Of a stretch of DNA of 64,000 nucleotides, positions 11,808-24,520 are shown piece after piece. The position numbers and the translations under genes are program-made. Source of the DNA: Eledone cirrhosa. Its lineage: Eukaryota. Below the pieces are notes generated by a model. The model was given only the letters and a program-made list of their open reading frames with translations. It was not told where the DNA came from and did no database searches. Within the stretch, counting starts at the first letter, position 1. Each line of letters opens with the position of its first letter. The stretch is taken from the NCBI GenBank assembly GCA_964016885.1, contig OZ024740.1:96472001-96536000 (forward strand), given 5' to 3'.

Positions 11808-11813
<6 letters not shown>
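11312..11813. mobile_element. Near-perfect fold-back element (arms 11481-11639 and 11655-11813) with a one-sided ~170-bp tail; HHR at 11645-11761 (+)
   Basis: 159-bp arms with about one mismatch. GCT-CCGAAGA-T-CTGA/CTGG..CCAG/TTCAG-T-GAAA-CAAATG-T-A-AGC. Confidence 0.85.
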
Positions 11814-11839
<26 letters not shown>

Positions 11840-11843
<4 letters not shown>

Positions 11844-14800
11844 TCTATTTATAGTTATGTATATACTATAAACAACTATAAACAGGAAAGGTCAGTAATT
11901 TCCTACTACTATATATTACCAGTAAGATAAACAGCTCAATGTAACAACATCAGTTGTTTTACAAAGCAGGAAAAAAATAAATTAGACAATTATCAAAGTG
12001 GTGTTCAAATAATTTAATAGCTGACAATCGTGTCTTTCAAACTCTCGTTTGGAGTTATCGGAGCATTATCAATGTCTGTAGATATAATTAATCTCCTATA
12101 CAACTTAACAATTATATAGATACATATATATTGACGTTCTGAGCAGCAGTTTCGTATTTACAAGGTGGAATGGATGAGACATATATTTGACGAGAATTGT
12201 ACAATAATTGTACACGAATTCAAATTGAAATTAAAAGCTCAGAGTGGAATACATGCAGCAGAGAAAACAAGAGAATTGTCCAATAATTAAAGAGACATTG
12301 AGAAAGGAGTTTTGAGAAAGTAAGAGTACATTAACAATACATATGCAGGCGTATGGAGAGTGCAAATGTGTTAGTCATATATATGAGACGGAAACAAGCA
12401 AACTTATTATGTGTATATAGATAAGTAAATACTGCACTTTAAGAAAATATGGTAATGTATTAACATCTAATGTAGACGTAGTATGTTTATAGTGTTTGAA
12501 TTTGTGTGTGTTGAGAAACATAAGGTTTTTGCACTCTTTTCCATTACATATGTTGAATTAGATTTTAATTACTGTTTATATTGAATGTTTTAAGTTAGCT
12601 AGAGCAATGGATTGTAAATTAGTCTTATTGTATTCATATTAATGGACTATAGTTGATCAACCGGTAAATTTTCCAATCGTTAATTTCCGGAAGTGGTAAA
12701 GGGGAGATAAATCGTAAGAGGATGTAACTAGCTAATTAATTCTATTCAGTTATTTAAATTATTTGCTCTAATACACATTATAATGTGACACCATTGGATC
12801 TCTATTGCATAATGCTATATATTTATACTTGATTTTAAATACAGTGTATTTTACTATCATACATTAAATGTCTCTTTATATCGTTATCTATTCATTACTG
12901 GACAAGGTATACGTTATGAAGAATTGTATAGATGTCAATATGACCAAATATATATATCATATGTGTAATCATATACATTATTGTTTTAAAAGTTAATCCT
13001 TACTATACAATGATATTACATTATTTAATTCTAAATGTATATATACTTTATTATTAGTATGTTGTGTTAAAGGTAGATCGCGTATATACATGTTATTAAT
13101 TTAAATATTTAATTATATATTTATAAATGTATATATAGTTTATTACCACATATTACATTAAATGTAGCTACATATGTAAATATCCATTACTGTATATAAT
13201 ATAATTAATCATTATAGTTATATTACACGGTGGTCATGTATGTTTAATTATAACTGCTATTGTAGGGCATAAGGTTAGAGATAAATAGGACTTGTGTAGA
13301 CGAAAGAGTTCATCAAACAGTGTGTTGTTGTGGGTGCTGATAAATCCTATATGTGAAGTGTTAATGGGGGTGGGGAATTCAAATATGACATTGTTGTATA
13401 CTAACAGCCGGGTTTAAAATTATGGAACGAGTGCCGGTATCGGTGTTGGCACGAGCAAAATGTCTCTGACTTTCTATTAAGGAGATCTAGTTTCGGAAAT
13501 ATTATAGTATGGCTTCCATGAAGGCAGGGATTACAATATTTATTCGATGGCTTATACGATGAGACCCTACCTACTACTTCCCATTGCAGTGTAAATGGTC
13601 TATTCCTAGTTTTCACAGACGTAGCCAGATAAAAAAGTGGAGCTGCCTAGATTTTGTTTTTTGAAAGAGTTGAGGTGCGAGTTGTATCTTGTCTTGAAGC
13701 TGTTCGACGTAAAGCCTGTATAGGTTTTAGAAGATTTGTTTGCGTTGACGGTGCATGAGTAGATGATGTCTTTGGTTAAGCAATTATTACCTAAGGGGCA
13801 AGTTCTATTAGTTCTACTGTTACATTTATTCTGGGTGTTAGCTTGCCGGTTACTATGTTGTGAAGAATTTCGGTTGCTAGGGATAGCACTACGGTAATGA
13901 TATTGGCCATTCATATTGTTATTGCTTTCATTAGTGCTATTATTATTATTATTATTATTACTGCTATGGTTTACATGTACTAAGTTTAAATCCTGGTGTG
14001 TTTTAATTAGTTGGAAATAATTATTAATCTTCCTTTTATTACTACTAGCTATATGGTATATTAGGTTTGGTGTGGTGGAGGACGAAATGTTAATGGCATA
14101 TCTATTGATAAGATTATATAACTTGTGGCCGGATGGGAAGTTCTTTTTCTCAGATTGAGAAGAAAGCCTTAGGCAAGTTGGTAGAGAAGTTTATATTGAA
14201 AGGTGGATTGAAGAATGTATTAGTTCTTCTTCTATTTTTGTTTTAGTAATGTTTCTTTAGGTATTTGCATCCCTGTTTACATTATTATTATGGTGTTTAT
14301 TTTGGTGCGAGTTAAGTTTGGTATTACCCTTCGTCTTAGAGTTATAGTGGCTATTGCTGTTATTATTTTTCCTCATGGCCATATTATGAGAAATAATGTT
14401 GTAACTATATGATTTTATAGGTAGGAATTCAATTCCGTTCTTATGTCCTACTTTAGCTAGGGCCTCATTATAGAATTGTGAATTATTGTTAAATATGGTT
14501 TTATTATATGATAGATTAGAGATTCTATTAGATATTCCTTTAGTAATAGAGTTTAATATTGATTTAGGGTGGTTAGAGTAGGTATTCATATAAATTAGTT
14601 TTTCGTTAGGTTTATGATAAGGTATGTACATTTTATAGTCTAGGCAAAAGGTAGCTTCTAAGAAGTAGACGTTTTTAGTCTGTTTATCTAAGGTGATACT
14701 TAAGTTTAAGTTTTTGAAAATGTTGTGTAATTGCTTCCTAGTTTTTCCATATCAAATGTTTTATAGTCTATCACGAGTAGTGTATCATCGCGGTATAAAC

Positions 14801-16253
14801 CACCATTGAGGTAGGATAGATTCTTATGAAGAACATATGATAGACGATAAAATATTTAATATAGAAAAAACTAGGAAACGATATCGGCACTCGTTCCATA
14901 ACTTTAAAATTAGCTGTTAGTATACAACAATGTCCGATTTGAATTCCCCAACACCATTAACAATTCACATATATGACATATCAGCACCCACAACTACACA
15001 CTTTTTGATCAACTCTTTCCTCTACACAACTCCTATTTATCTCTAACATTATGCACTGCAATAACAGTTAGAATTAAACATAACGTTACCACCTTGTGAT
15101 AAAATTACAATAGATTAATTATATTATATACAGTAATGAATATTTAGTATGCAGAGACAATTAATGTAATATGCGATAATAAACTATATATACATTTAGA
15201 ATTACATAATGTAATAGCATTGTATATTATGGATTAACTTTTAAAACAATAATGTATATGATTACATATATGATATATCTATTTGGATATATTGACAGCT
15301 ATACAATTCTTCATTACATATACCTTGTCCAATAATGAATAGATAACAATCTAAAGAGACCTTTAATGTATGATAGTAAAATACACTGTATTTAAAATCA
15401 AGTATAAATATATAGCATTATGTAATAGAGATTCAATGGTGTCACATTATAATGTGCATTAGAGCAAATCATTTAAATAACTGAATAGAATGTAATTAGC
15501 TAGTTACATCCCCTTACGCATTATCTCCCCTTATTCACTTCCGGAAATTAACGATTGGAAAACGTACCGGTTGATCAACTATAGTCCATGAATATGAATA
15601 CAATAAGACTAATTTACAATACATTGCTCGAACTAACTTAAAACATTCAATATAAACAGTAACTAAAGTCTAATTCAACATATGTAATGGAAAAGAGTGC
15701 AAAAACCTTATGTTTCTCAACACACACAAATTCAAACACTATGAACATACTACGTCCACCTTAGATTTTAATACATTAACATATTTGCTTAAAGTGCAGT
15801 ATTTACTTATCTATATATGCATAATAACTTTGCTTGATTCCTTCTCATATATATGACTAACGCAGTTGCACTCTCCACACGCCTGCATATACATTGTTAA
15901 TGTACTCTTCCTTTCTCAAAACTCCTTTCCTAATGCCTCTTTAATTATTGGACTATACTCTTGTTTTCTCTGTTGCATGTATTCCACTCTGTACTTTTAA
16001 TTTGAATTTGAATTCGTGTACAATTATTGTACAATTCTCGTAAAATATATGTTACATCCATTCCACCCTGTAAATACGAAACTGTTGCTCACAACATAAT
16101 TATATATGTATATATATTATTGTTAAGTTGAATAGGATGTTAATTATATGTACAAACATTGATAATGCTCCGATAACGCCAAACGAGAGTTTGGAAGAAC
16201 CGATTGTCAGCTATTAAATGATTTGAACACAACTTTGATAATAGTCTAATTTA

Positions 16254-16256
<3 letters not shown>
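11840..16256 (-). mobile_element. 5'-truncated PLE (family B relative) with a ~1.4-kb inverted pLTR copy (11980-13441 versus 14879-16256)
   Basis: Decayed RT/GIY-YIG fragments at 13401-14820 (PYHKPNEK, CPLGNNCLTKDIIYSC, LNRKSE). Long inverted repeat. HHR-like motifs at 12020-12064 (-) and 16167-16211 (+). Confidence 0.9.
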
Positions 16257-16299
<43 letters not shown>

Positions 16300-16358
16300 T
16301 ATATATATATATATATATAAAGTACAGAACAACCAAATCTATGTTTATTACATTTTTT

Positions 16359-16405
16359 TGCTGACAATCTTTTATTCCAAACAGTGGTTTGGAATCATCA
16401 GAGCA
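16359..16405 (-). ncRNA. Family B-like HHR with canonical CUGAUGA but decayed GAAA
   Basis: TGCT-CTGATGA-TTCCAAAC cact GTTTGGAA-TAAA-AGATTG-T-C-AGCA. Confidence 0.65.
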
Positions 16406-17638
16406 TCGGTAAATGTTAAACACATGAATACATTCCTAGTCTACAAACATTCATAAAGATATGTTGATACTATTGTTGCTATCAATAACGTCATATTCAA
16501 AGTGAGTGAAGATGTTGTGGTCTGCAACGAAGGGTATTATAAATAGTATAAAAGAAGATTACTCGCAAAGGAGGACATTAGGGTTACATAAGCATTTATG
16601 CAGTAGGAATGCGGGTGTATTAAGCATAAACAGAATAATATGGCAAACAATGCAGAGGTGCTAAGCATATAAAGCCTAATATGGCAAAATTATAACGAAA
16701 TATAGGTGTAATAGAATATTAAGCAGTCAGCAACGCATGGGTAGGATATAAGGTGAAACTTGTGTAATATACATAAACAAAGTTCCGTTGAAGCATGCGT
16801 TGAGATTTGATCGGATACTTAATTAAATAAACAATCCAATCAGAAGTACAGCTGTTGTGTAGTACAGCACATGTTATGTAGTATTAAGATATGTATATGT
16901 AGGAATATAAATATAGATAAAACAGTTTCTATATGCGTGTATGGTGGATGTGATGTAATAATTGTTGTGGTAATGTTTAAATGTAGATGCGTTGTGAGTA
17001 TATATTTAAGGAATATTTTAAAATAATATTTTAAATATATGATACAATTCTGAATTGTATTACAACATTCATTAATGGTTAGACGTGCAATCAGAGAAGC
17101 AATATGACAAATTAAATTCACGTTGCAGAAACTCTATTTCGTGGAGTATAACCCACACATACCAAAACAAATTTTAGTCAATCTCACTTATATGTCGATT
17201 TCACTTACGTGGTTTCATTCGCATAAGGGGTAATTATTGTGAATATTAAAATGTGTCATATGGTCTTTTGACTGCAATTTCTAGCGGCATTGTAAGACAG
17301 TTACGTAGTCCACATATTAAGAGGCCTTTGTTCATTTAATAGTTCAATGAAACAACGTGTTTTTATGCAATATGCTGACTCGTCAACAGTATGTATAGTT
17401 GCATGACAAATATAATTATATAACTCTTGCAATTGAAGAATAAATACTCTTATGCATTTGCGGATTCTTCAAATGTTGACCTTTTTCCAATAATTTCTCC
17501 CATAAATAAAGGCTTGTAACTTGAATTTAATGTTATATTGCTACTGTAATTGATATTTTATGTATATATTTTCCCCATTTATTAAATAGTTTAAGTATTG
17601 GAGAGTAATTAATTTGTAATTAATATTTTAATGTATTT

Positions 17639-17672
<34 letters not shown>

Positions 17673-17745
17673 CGGTAGTAATTAAACTCAATAATTATAT
17701 ATATATATATATGTATGTATATATGTATATATGCATATATATATA

Positions 17746-17776
<31 letters not shown>

Positions 17777-17860
17777 GGGTGTGTGTGTGTGTAGTTGTAT
17801 GTATGTGTGTGTGTATATATATATATATATTTATATATATATTTATATATATATATATAT

Positions 17861-17974
<114 letters not shown>

Positions 17975-18133
17975 TGTGTGTGTGTAAGTGTGTGTTTGTA
18001 TATACGTATGTATATATAATACATTATAGCACTGTTTCTTGACCGCTGTATCACGTGATAAGTTCCCCCTCCGCCTTCCGGGATTCTATCTAGCGTCCGA
18101 CGGACGTGTTTTGAAACTCTAAATGAGGTATCC

Positions 18134-18219
18134 TCTTGATAAGTCGCCAAACCTCACAAAAATACTGTATCTCTATGATGTAATGTTTTTGCATAATAGC
18201 CACGAAACTACGTAGTCGA
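18134..18219 (+). ncRNA. HHR-like motif with U3-A8 core and long helix II
   Basis: TC-TTGATAA-GTCGC..GCCAC-GAAA-CTACGTAG-T-C-GA: palindromic helix III, but helix I is only 2 bp. Confidence 0.5.
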
Positions 18220-18442
18220 TCGTGAAGGCATTTAGGTATATTATATCTTTTTTATCTATATCTAATGGTTCTTCTTTCTTTTTAATGTATTATATAGCTC
18301 TGATATTGAAGCAATCTAATCCACCCAGATTATTTTGTCCTTATTATTCATTGATTAAAAACGGTTAAGGTTGACACCACACACATTCAGAGATATATGT
18401 GGGTATATGTATGTATTCACATGTGTCTGTGTATTTATTTGT

Positions 18443-18500
<58 letters not shown>

Positions 18501-18503
<3 letters not shown>

Positions 18504-19318
18504 TATAAAGTACGTCCATATAATTATTTGATAATATATATACACCATTTCCTCTCCCAATTAGCATAATCACCCACACAAAACATCAATTAGACCAGGC
18601 TACAAGATTAAAAGGCACCTATGAAGAAATAGTAGATAAATAAACGACACTAATCTCTTCGCGTCCAACCGCCATAGAGTGTTTACACAACATTTCAACA
18701 GCACGTGGAAAACAATTAAATATACCGTCAACATTACACAATTATGTATAAAATTAAAGTTAGAAGAAAATAATGCATATACACATACCAGTGTCAGGAC
18801 TCTACCCTAGGGTTCGTTCGCTTTTGGAAATATCCTATTAAGGATAAAATCTCGAGCTTCGAACTCATCAGGAAACAAACTCATTTGGACAAAGGATTTT
18901 CTTAAGTGATCTCCGCCAGAAACGAATTCAAAATGGCTAAGAACTCTGACGTGGCAGTGCTCAAGTCAGAAAGAATGTGATTGGTTACTTATGGCGAGTG
19001 GGCTGCATGCTAGAAAGCGCAGCCCAATATTACCCTAATTGCAACTCAACCTTATGGGAGATTATTAAATATAAAGATTTTTACAAACTAGACAAAGTCA
19101 CAGATATATATGTTGTGGCAACCATACATGATGAATCAATAAATTAAATAATCAGGGCAGTATACTATAGAGTATGTCCAGAGAATCATTTGATAATATA
19201 TATACACCATTTCCTCTCCCAGTTAGCATAATTAAACACACAAAAAATCTATTAGACCAGGCTATAAGATTAAAAGGCTCCTATGAAGACATAGTAGATA
19301 AATAAACGACAACAATCT
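18501..19318 (-). mobile_element. Non-coding HHR-bearing tandem element (662-bp monomer plus ~155-bp partial repeat), retrozyme-like
   Basis: Direct repeats start at 18501 and 19163. HHR at 18798-18876: GTTTC-CTGATGA-GTTCG..CGAAC-GAA-CCCTAGGG-T-A-GAGTC. Second copy at 47779-48590. Confidence 0.8.
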
Positions 19319-21239
19319 CTATCTGTCTAGTTTGGTAGAGACGTTTAGATTGAAAGGAGGGTTGAAAAATGTATTATGTCTTCTTCTATTTTTGTTTTTT
19401 ATGACTGGTGAGTTGTGTCCTTTTATGGTACTATGGTAACGTCTGTGGTGTGGGTTACTTTTGTTGGCATCCTTCTTATTAGTGTGTGTGTGGTTGCTAT
19501 TCTTATTACTAAATTTCCTCATGGATATATTGTGCGACATAATTTTGTAGCTATGTGTTTTTGTAGGTAGGAACTCGATCTCTATATTATGGTCTGATCT
19601 AGCTAATGCCTGATTATAATATTGCGAGTTTTTGCTAAATATGTTTACGTCATAGGATAGATTAGAGATTCTATTGGATACTTAGAGATAGAGTTTAATA
19701 TTGATCTAGGGTGGTAAGACATGGTATCTACGTAAATCAGTTTGTCGTTAGGTTTATGGAAATGTGTATATATCTTTGAGTCTAGGTAGAGGGTAGCGTC
19801 TAGGAAGTTAACGTTTTTAGTGTTTTTATCTATGGTGATACTAAGGTTATAGTTTTTGAATGTCTTGTGCAATAGTTTTCTAGTTCTTTCAATATTGAAT
19901 TTTGTATAGTCTATAAGTAGAAGTACATCACCGCGGTACAAACCACCGTTGAGGAATGGGAGGTCCTTATGGATTTCGTTAAGTAAATATAGGCCGACCA
20001 ATCAGTGACCTGCGCCGAGTCACTAGATCCCATGATTATGTCGAAGTTGTTTGCGTATGCTTGTGGGTCCATAATTGGTCTTCAAAGGTGATTATGGTTT
20101 TACGGGCCGCAAGTATGACATCAATCTGGGGTCCAGTCAGGTCACTATTGTCCATGGCCATGATTAGTTCCTTATTTAATAGGATTGGGGAAATAGAGGT
20201 GTAGTATGAATTAATATCAAATTGAATAAATTTGGTATCCTTGTTATCCTTGATATCTTTGAACCATTCAATAACTTCACCCGTATTTCCCCATTGTTTA
20301 AGGTATATCTTGTGTTTAATCTGTGGGATGATTTTATCTAAAATGTTCTTACTGATAATGTCAATGTCAGACTTGGAGGGGCAGATAAGTCTAATCGAGG
20401 GGTTGCTAATGATGTCCTCCTTATGGTCCTTCAGAGGGAATCTAGGGGTGTTTGGGGTATATGATTGGTTATGTCTCTGAAGTCCTAGTTTGGACACTAT
20501 ATTATAGCCTTCTATATTAATATCTTCTAAGTTTTTCATAGTGGTTTTCTTGTAGCTTTTATGTAGTTCATTATATATAAACTTTCTATATGTATTATAA
20601 TCTAGGCTGTATATGTTATTATCTTTGTCCGCATGTACAATAATGTTATTACTAGTTTTGAATTCATTAATAGAGGTGTTAAGTTTGTTTAAGAAGGTGT
20701 TGTGTTTATTACGGTTCCTTTTGTATTTAATGTTCTTAACTAGTTTTATTAGGTCATTTTCAAAGGAGTTTAGTAGTGTGTTATGAGGGGGGCTTCTAAA
20801 GGTTTTAAAGCCGAAGGTATCGAATTTGTTAGTATTATTAACCTTGTTAGATTTGTTTTTATCATAATGGAATGTCCTCCATCTCACTCTATTGATAAAG
20901 GAGTTTACACTGACGATCAATAATTTCTCATATGTATTCTTGGATGGTATTGGTATGTTCTTGGTTGACATAGGGAGTTGGTCTTTAATCAGCATACTGG
21001 TAATTTATTGTATGTCAGCTCAACAGTATGGAGCAGTTAATAGTATTAAGGATACTATTTATGGTTATGTATATACTAAAACTTTTTATAGTTATATATA
21101 TGGTAAACCCTAAACAGTGAAAGACAGTAATTGATTACTACCTTATTACCAGTAAGATAAATAGCTCAATGTAATAACATCAGTTGTTCTACAGAACAGT
21201 TATATAGAAATTACATGAATTAAAGTTCTGTTCAAACCA

Positions 21240-21242
<3 letters not shown>
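19319..21242 (-). mobile_element. PLE family B 5' half (leader, N-terminus, RT); the 3' end is missing
   Basis: ORFs 20036-20995 (STKNIPIPS..RVRWR, ADKDNNIY, FIQFDINSYYTSI), 19645-20001 (LYRGDVLL, NFLDATL) and 19319-19540. Leader 21080-21240 matches the tail at 11850-12015. Confidence 0.9.
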
Positions 21243-21315
<73 letters not shown>

Positions 21316-21849
21316 TGTGTGTGTCTCTTTAAAATTGCCTAAGATTATTACAGGAGATTCTCTATGGAAAGTGATATCCTATCTGAATGTATTCCCCATG
21401 AATAACAGTTTTGTTACTCTTCTCTAATGACAATAATCTTATGCGCACTGAAACACGTTTGCCTATGATATTGTTTATGTTACTTTATAGTTTGTGTATA
21501 TTTGCTTTTGTATGCATAATTAAACATATTTAGCTTTGAGAGCTAGTTGGCACATTATAATCAAAATACTTTAAAGTTAGAACTATTTAGAAAAACAAAA
21601 CATGTAATACATTAAGTTATCACTTGGCTGCCATAAATATGAATTATAATTATTTATAATGAAACGATATCATTTCAAATAGAGGTCATAATGCACTCTG
21701 TGAGAGCTGAATAGTGTTCATAATTATTATTCTTAATCCACGTTGCCATTAGACATGAAGAATATGGTGATGTCTCCAACCTTCAATGTCCCTTCCAGAA
21801 ACTCGTTTATTTCGGGCTTGAGCTGTCGGACTTTTACTCATGTACATGG

Positions 21850-22260
21850 ACAAATTAATCATACCTGCATGAATATTCGCTTTTTCAGCTGTAAAACACA
21901 ATTTCTAGTTATTGATGCCGTGGTTGAATGGACATACTGATGTGATAGCGAACCCCATGAAAATAGTATATGAGTTCCTGCCTTTGAGAAGTGGATGATA
22001 CAGTATAGGGCATGATCTTCAAGGGTACGATGACCGTGCTGTTGACATCCCTAGGAAAATCAATGCCAATTGTTCTTCTATATATATTACTTGCTGATCT
22101 GAGCGCACAATACTTCAATTATATTGTGGTATTCCATTCAATCCAGCTGTCATTTCATTTGCAGCTCTTCCATGGCTTTGTCCATCTTCTTTAGATTTGG
22201 TATCCAATCAATTTCTGTTCGTTTTATGGTATGCAGGGTGTCATCAGCAATGTCGAGACG
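21850..22260 (-). pseudogene. Highly decayed LINE (RTE-like) RT remnant
   Basis: Minus-strand peptides EIDWIPNLKKMDKAMEELQ and AGLNGIPQ resemble the 'PT.EE..KAI..L...KA.G.DGIP' region upstream of LINE RT. Confidence 0.35.
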
Positions 22261-23450
22261 AATCAGTTGTAAGCAAAGAGATTTTATTTAGCTGAACTGT
22301 ACAAGTTTTCTGGATTTAGAGCGATTAGCCGTATATCATATCAACAATCTTTGATAATTTGATGTAACTGATTGTTGATAAATTTACTAAGTTACATCTA
22401 GCTACCTAATGTATGGTCCTACATGCATGAAATATGTTTTCTAAATGTGTTTATGTTCCCCATGTATCTAAGGTTCAATGAGTTAAATACTGAGGAGTGA
22501 AGTAAATGAAATAGCCATTCCCAAAATACCCAATGAGAATAACATGCTACATCAATGTAAACATTGATACTAATGGATAATCACCATCTCGATGAAATTA
22601 GATTCCAAGATCGAACTGCTTGTATTTATAGTTATGCATTGCATCAAGAACTGCTCATCTCTTCGCACATTATTTTATATATTTATCTATTCATGAACTT
22701 TGTCGTATTGATGCACAAGTAATTATATTCGGGACACTAAATCTGATGGTGAAGGATGCGATGACGAAATTAATGATGATAACTATGATTTCAATGTCGG
22801 TATTTACAATGGCGTTGGCAATCTAAGCAGTATTTTCTTTTCTTCTTTGACTATGGATTCAAACATTTTCCGGACCACCAATGAATACACTACCTGAGAA
22901 CGTGAGAAATTGCAAAAGAATGGGCTAATCACATTTTGAAAGACTACTTTAAAATGAATGAGACATATGATAATCATGTTTTGAAGTTTTCTTTCAATTC
23001 AAGTGACTTCATCTGAGATTATATTTTCAAATTGATAATAATTACATCACGGAAGAATCATAATATCAATTAAACTGCATTTTTTTTCACTTTGTAGGCT
23101 TCGATGAAAAGACTGAGGCCATGAATCTCATATGCCACAAAACGCCGGAAAGATCTGTTTCATTGACGTATTGTTTAATCTGTTGCATCTCAACTAGTGT
23201 ACGAGAGAAAAAAGGTAGAGGTGGATTTAGAAAGAAGAGGCCTGCTTCAAATAAACGTAATGAATAGTGTTTGTAGAAACAATATGACTGAGAAAACGCG
23301 AAAACCGACTAATTCATGAATACTTGAGTGGAAATGATGCGGGATCAGCAAGCTCCTAAGTTAAAAAATACATAACAGTGTTTAATTCATTTTTGTTTTG
23401 TGATTGAAGGATTTTAAACGTGTGAAAACCTATACATTTTGACATTACTC

Positions 23451-23621
23451 TTAATACTTAGAACAAAGTTATTTCGTATTTCTGTATATTGCCACAGACC
23501 GTGTCACGCGTGTGATCACATGGTGCTGCATTATAAAATATGTTCTTTTATAATGTGATCATAAGCCTATCGCGCCCTGTGGCAATATACGGGTAAGAAA
23601 TACGAAATAACTTAGGTATTA
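23451..23621. repeat. Short inverted-repeat (MITE-like or fold-back) element
   Basis: AAGTTATTTCGTATTTCT..TATATTGCCACAG versus CTGTGGCAATATA..AGAAATACGAAATAACTT. Confidence 0.55.
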
Positions 23622-23634
23622 AAATAAAAAAATA

Positions 23635-24110
23635 CGGTTTTAGGAAGCCGTAGCTATGCAAATACCGGGGCTATATATGTATACATAGCACCGGTGTTTG
23701 CATAGCTATGGCTTCCTAAAACCGGATTTCTTTAGAAATACGAAATGTATATACATATTGTATAAAGCTATGCTTGAAGCGAAATCTTATTGCCTTTCTA
23801 TTATAAGTTGAGCCAACTTATGCAGCTTCATATGCAAATGAAATTAATCACCTCACTTACACAGCCAAGAAAGCTATATATTTTCGACTGTTTTCAACTC
23901 CAGCAGTAGCAAGCGATGGGAGGGACCGTCCTCACGAAGGCCAGTCAAGCCTGTAATGTATAGACGGTTGTCCTCCTTGCTTCTGCCGGAAACCACCATA
24001 GGGCGGTACCCCCGGTGTTTGCATAGCTTCGGTTTCCTAAAATGGTATTTCTTTAGTAATAGGTAATTTCTATACATATTGTATAAAGCTATGCTTGAAG
24101 TGAAATCTTA
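23635..24110. repeat. ~321-bp tandem monomer plus partial repeat, with an inverted head
   Basis: 23690-23790 recurs at 24011-24110, and 23635-23670 is the reverse complement of 23690-23724. Confidence 0.7.
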
Positions 24111-24137
24111 ATTCTCCTCTCTCATTCTCTCTCTCTC

Positions 24138-24231
<94 letters not shown>

Positions 24232-24336
24232 TTGCGGTGTTTTTTGCGAATATGCCACCAATAGTTGTATCCGTCAATAAGAATTCATATGCTACCTAGG
24301 TTCATCTTTTTGTCTCCTATTATTATTCACTATATT

Positions 24337-24520
24337 GTGGATTGGCAGTATCGGTAGAGGGTCGGACGCCATGCTTTGTCGCATACAGTTACGGCCATTG
24401 CCATTCTGAGTTAAAGTCCCGCCGAGGTCAACTTTGCCTTTCATCCTTACGGGATCGATAAAATAAAGTACCTGTAATGCACTGGGTAATTTGCTGGCCT
24501 TGTGCCAAATGTAGAAACAA
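24337..24520 (+). mobile_element. Octopus-type tRNA-derived SINE with a 17-bp target-site duplication
   Basis: A-box TGGCAGTATCGG, B-box-like GAGTTAAAGTCC, core CTTTGCCTTTCATCCTTACGGGATCGATAAA. TSD TTATTATTCACTATATT at 24320-24336 and 24521-24537. Confidence 0.88.
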
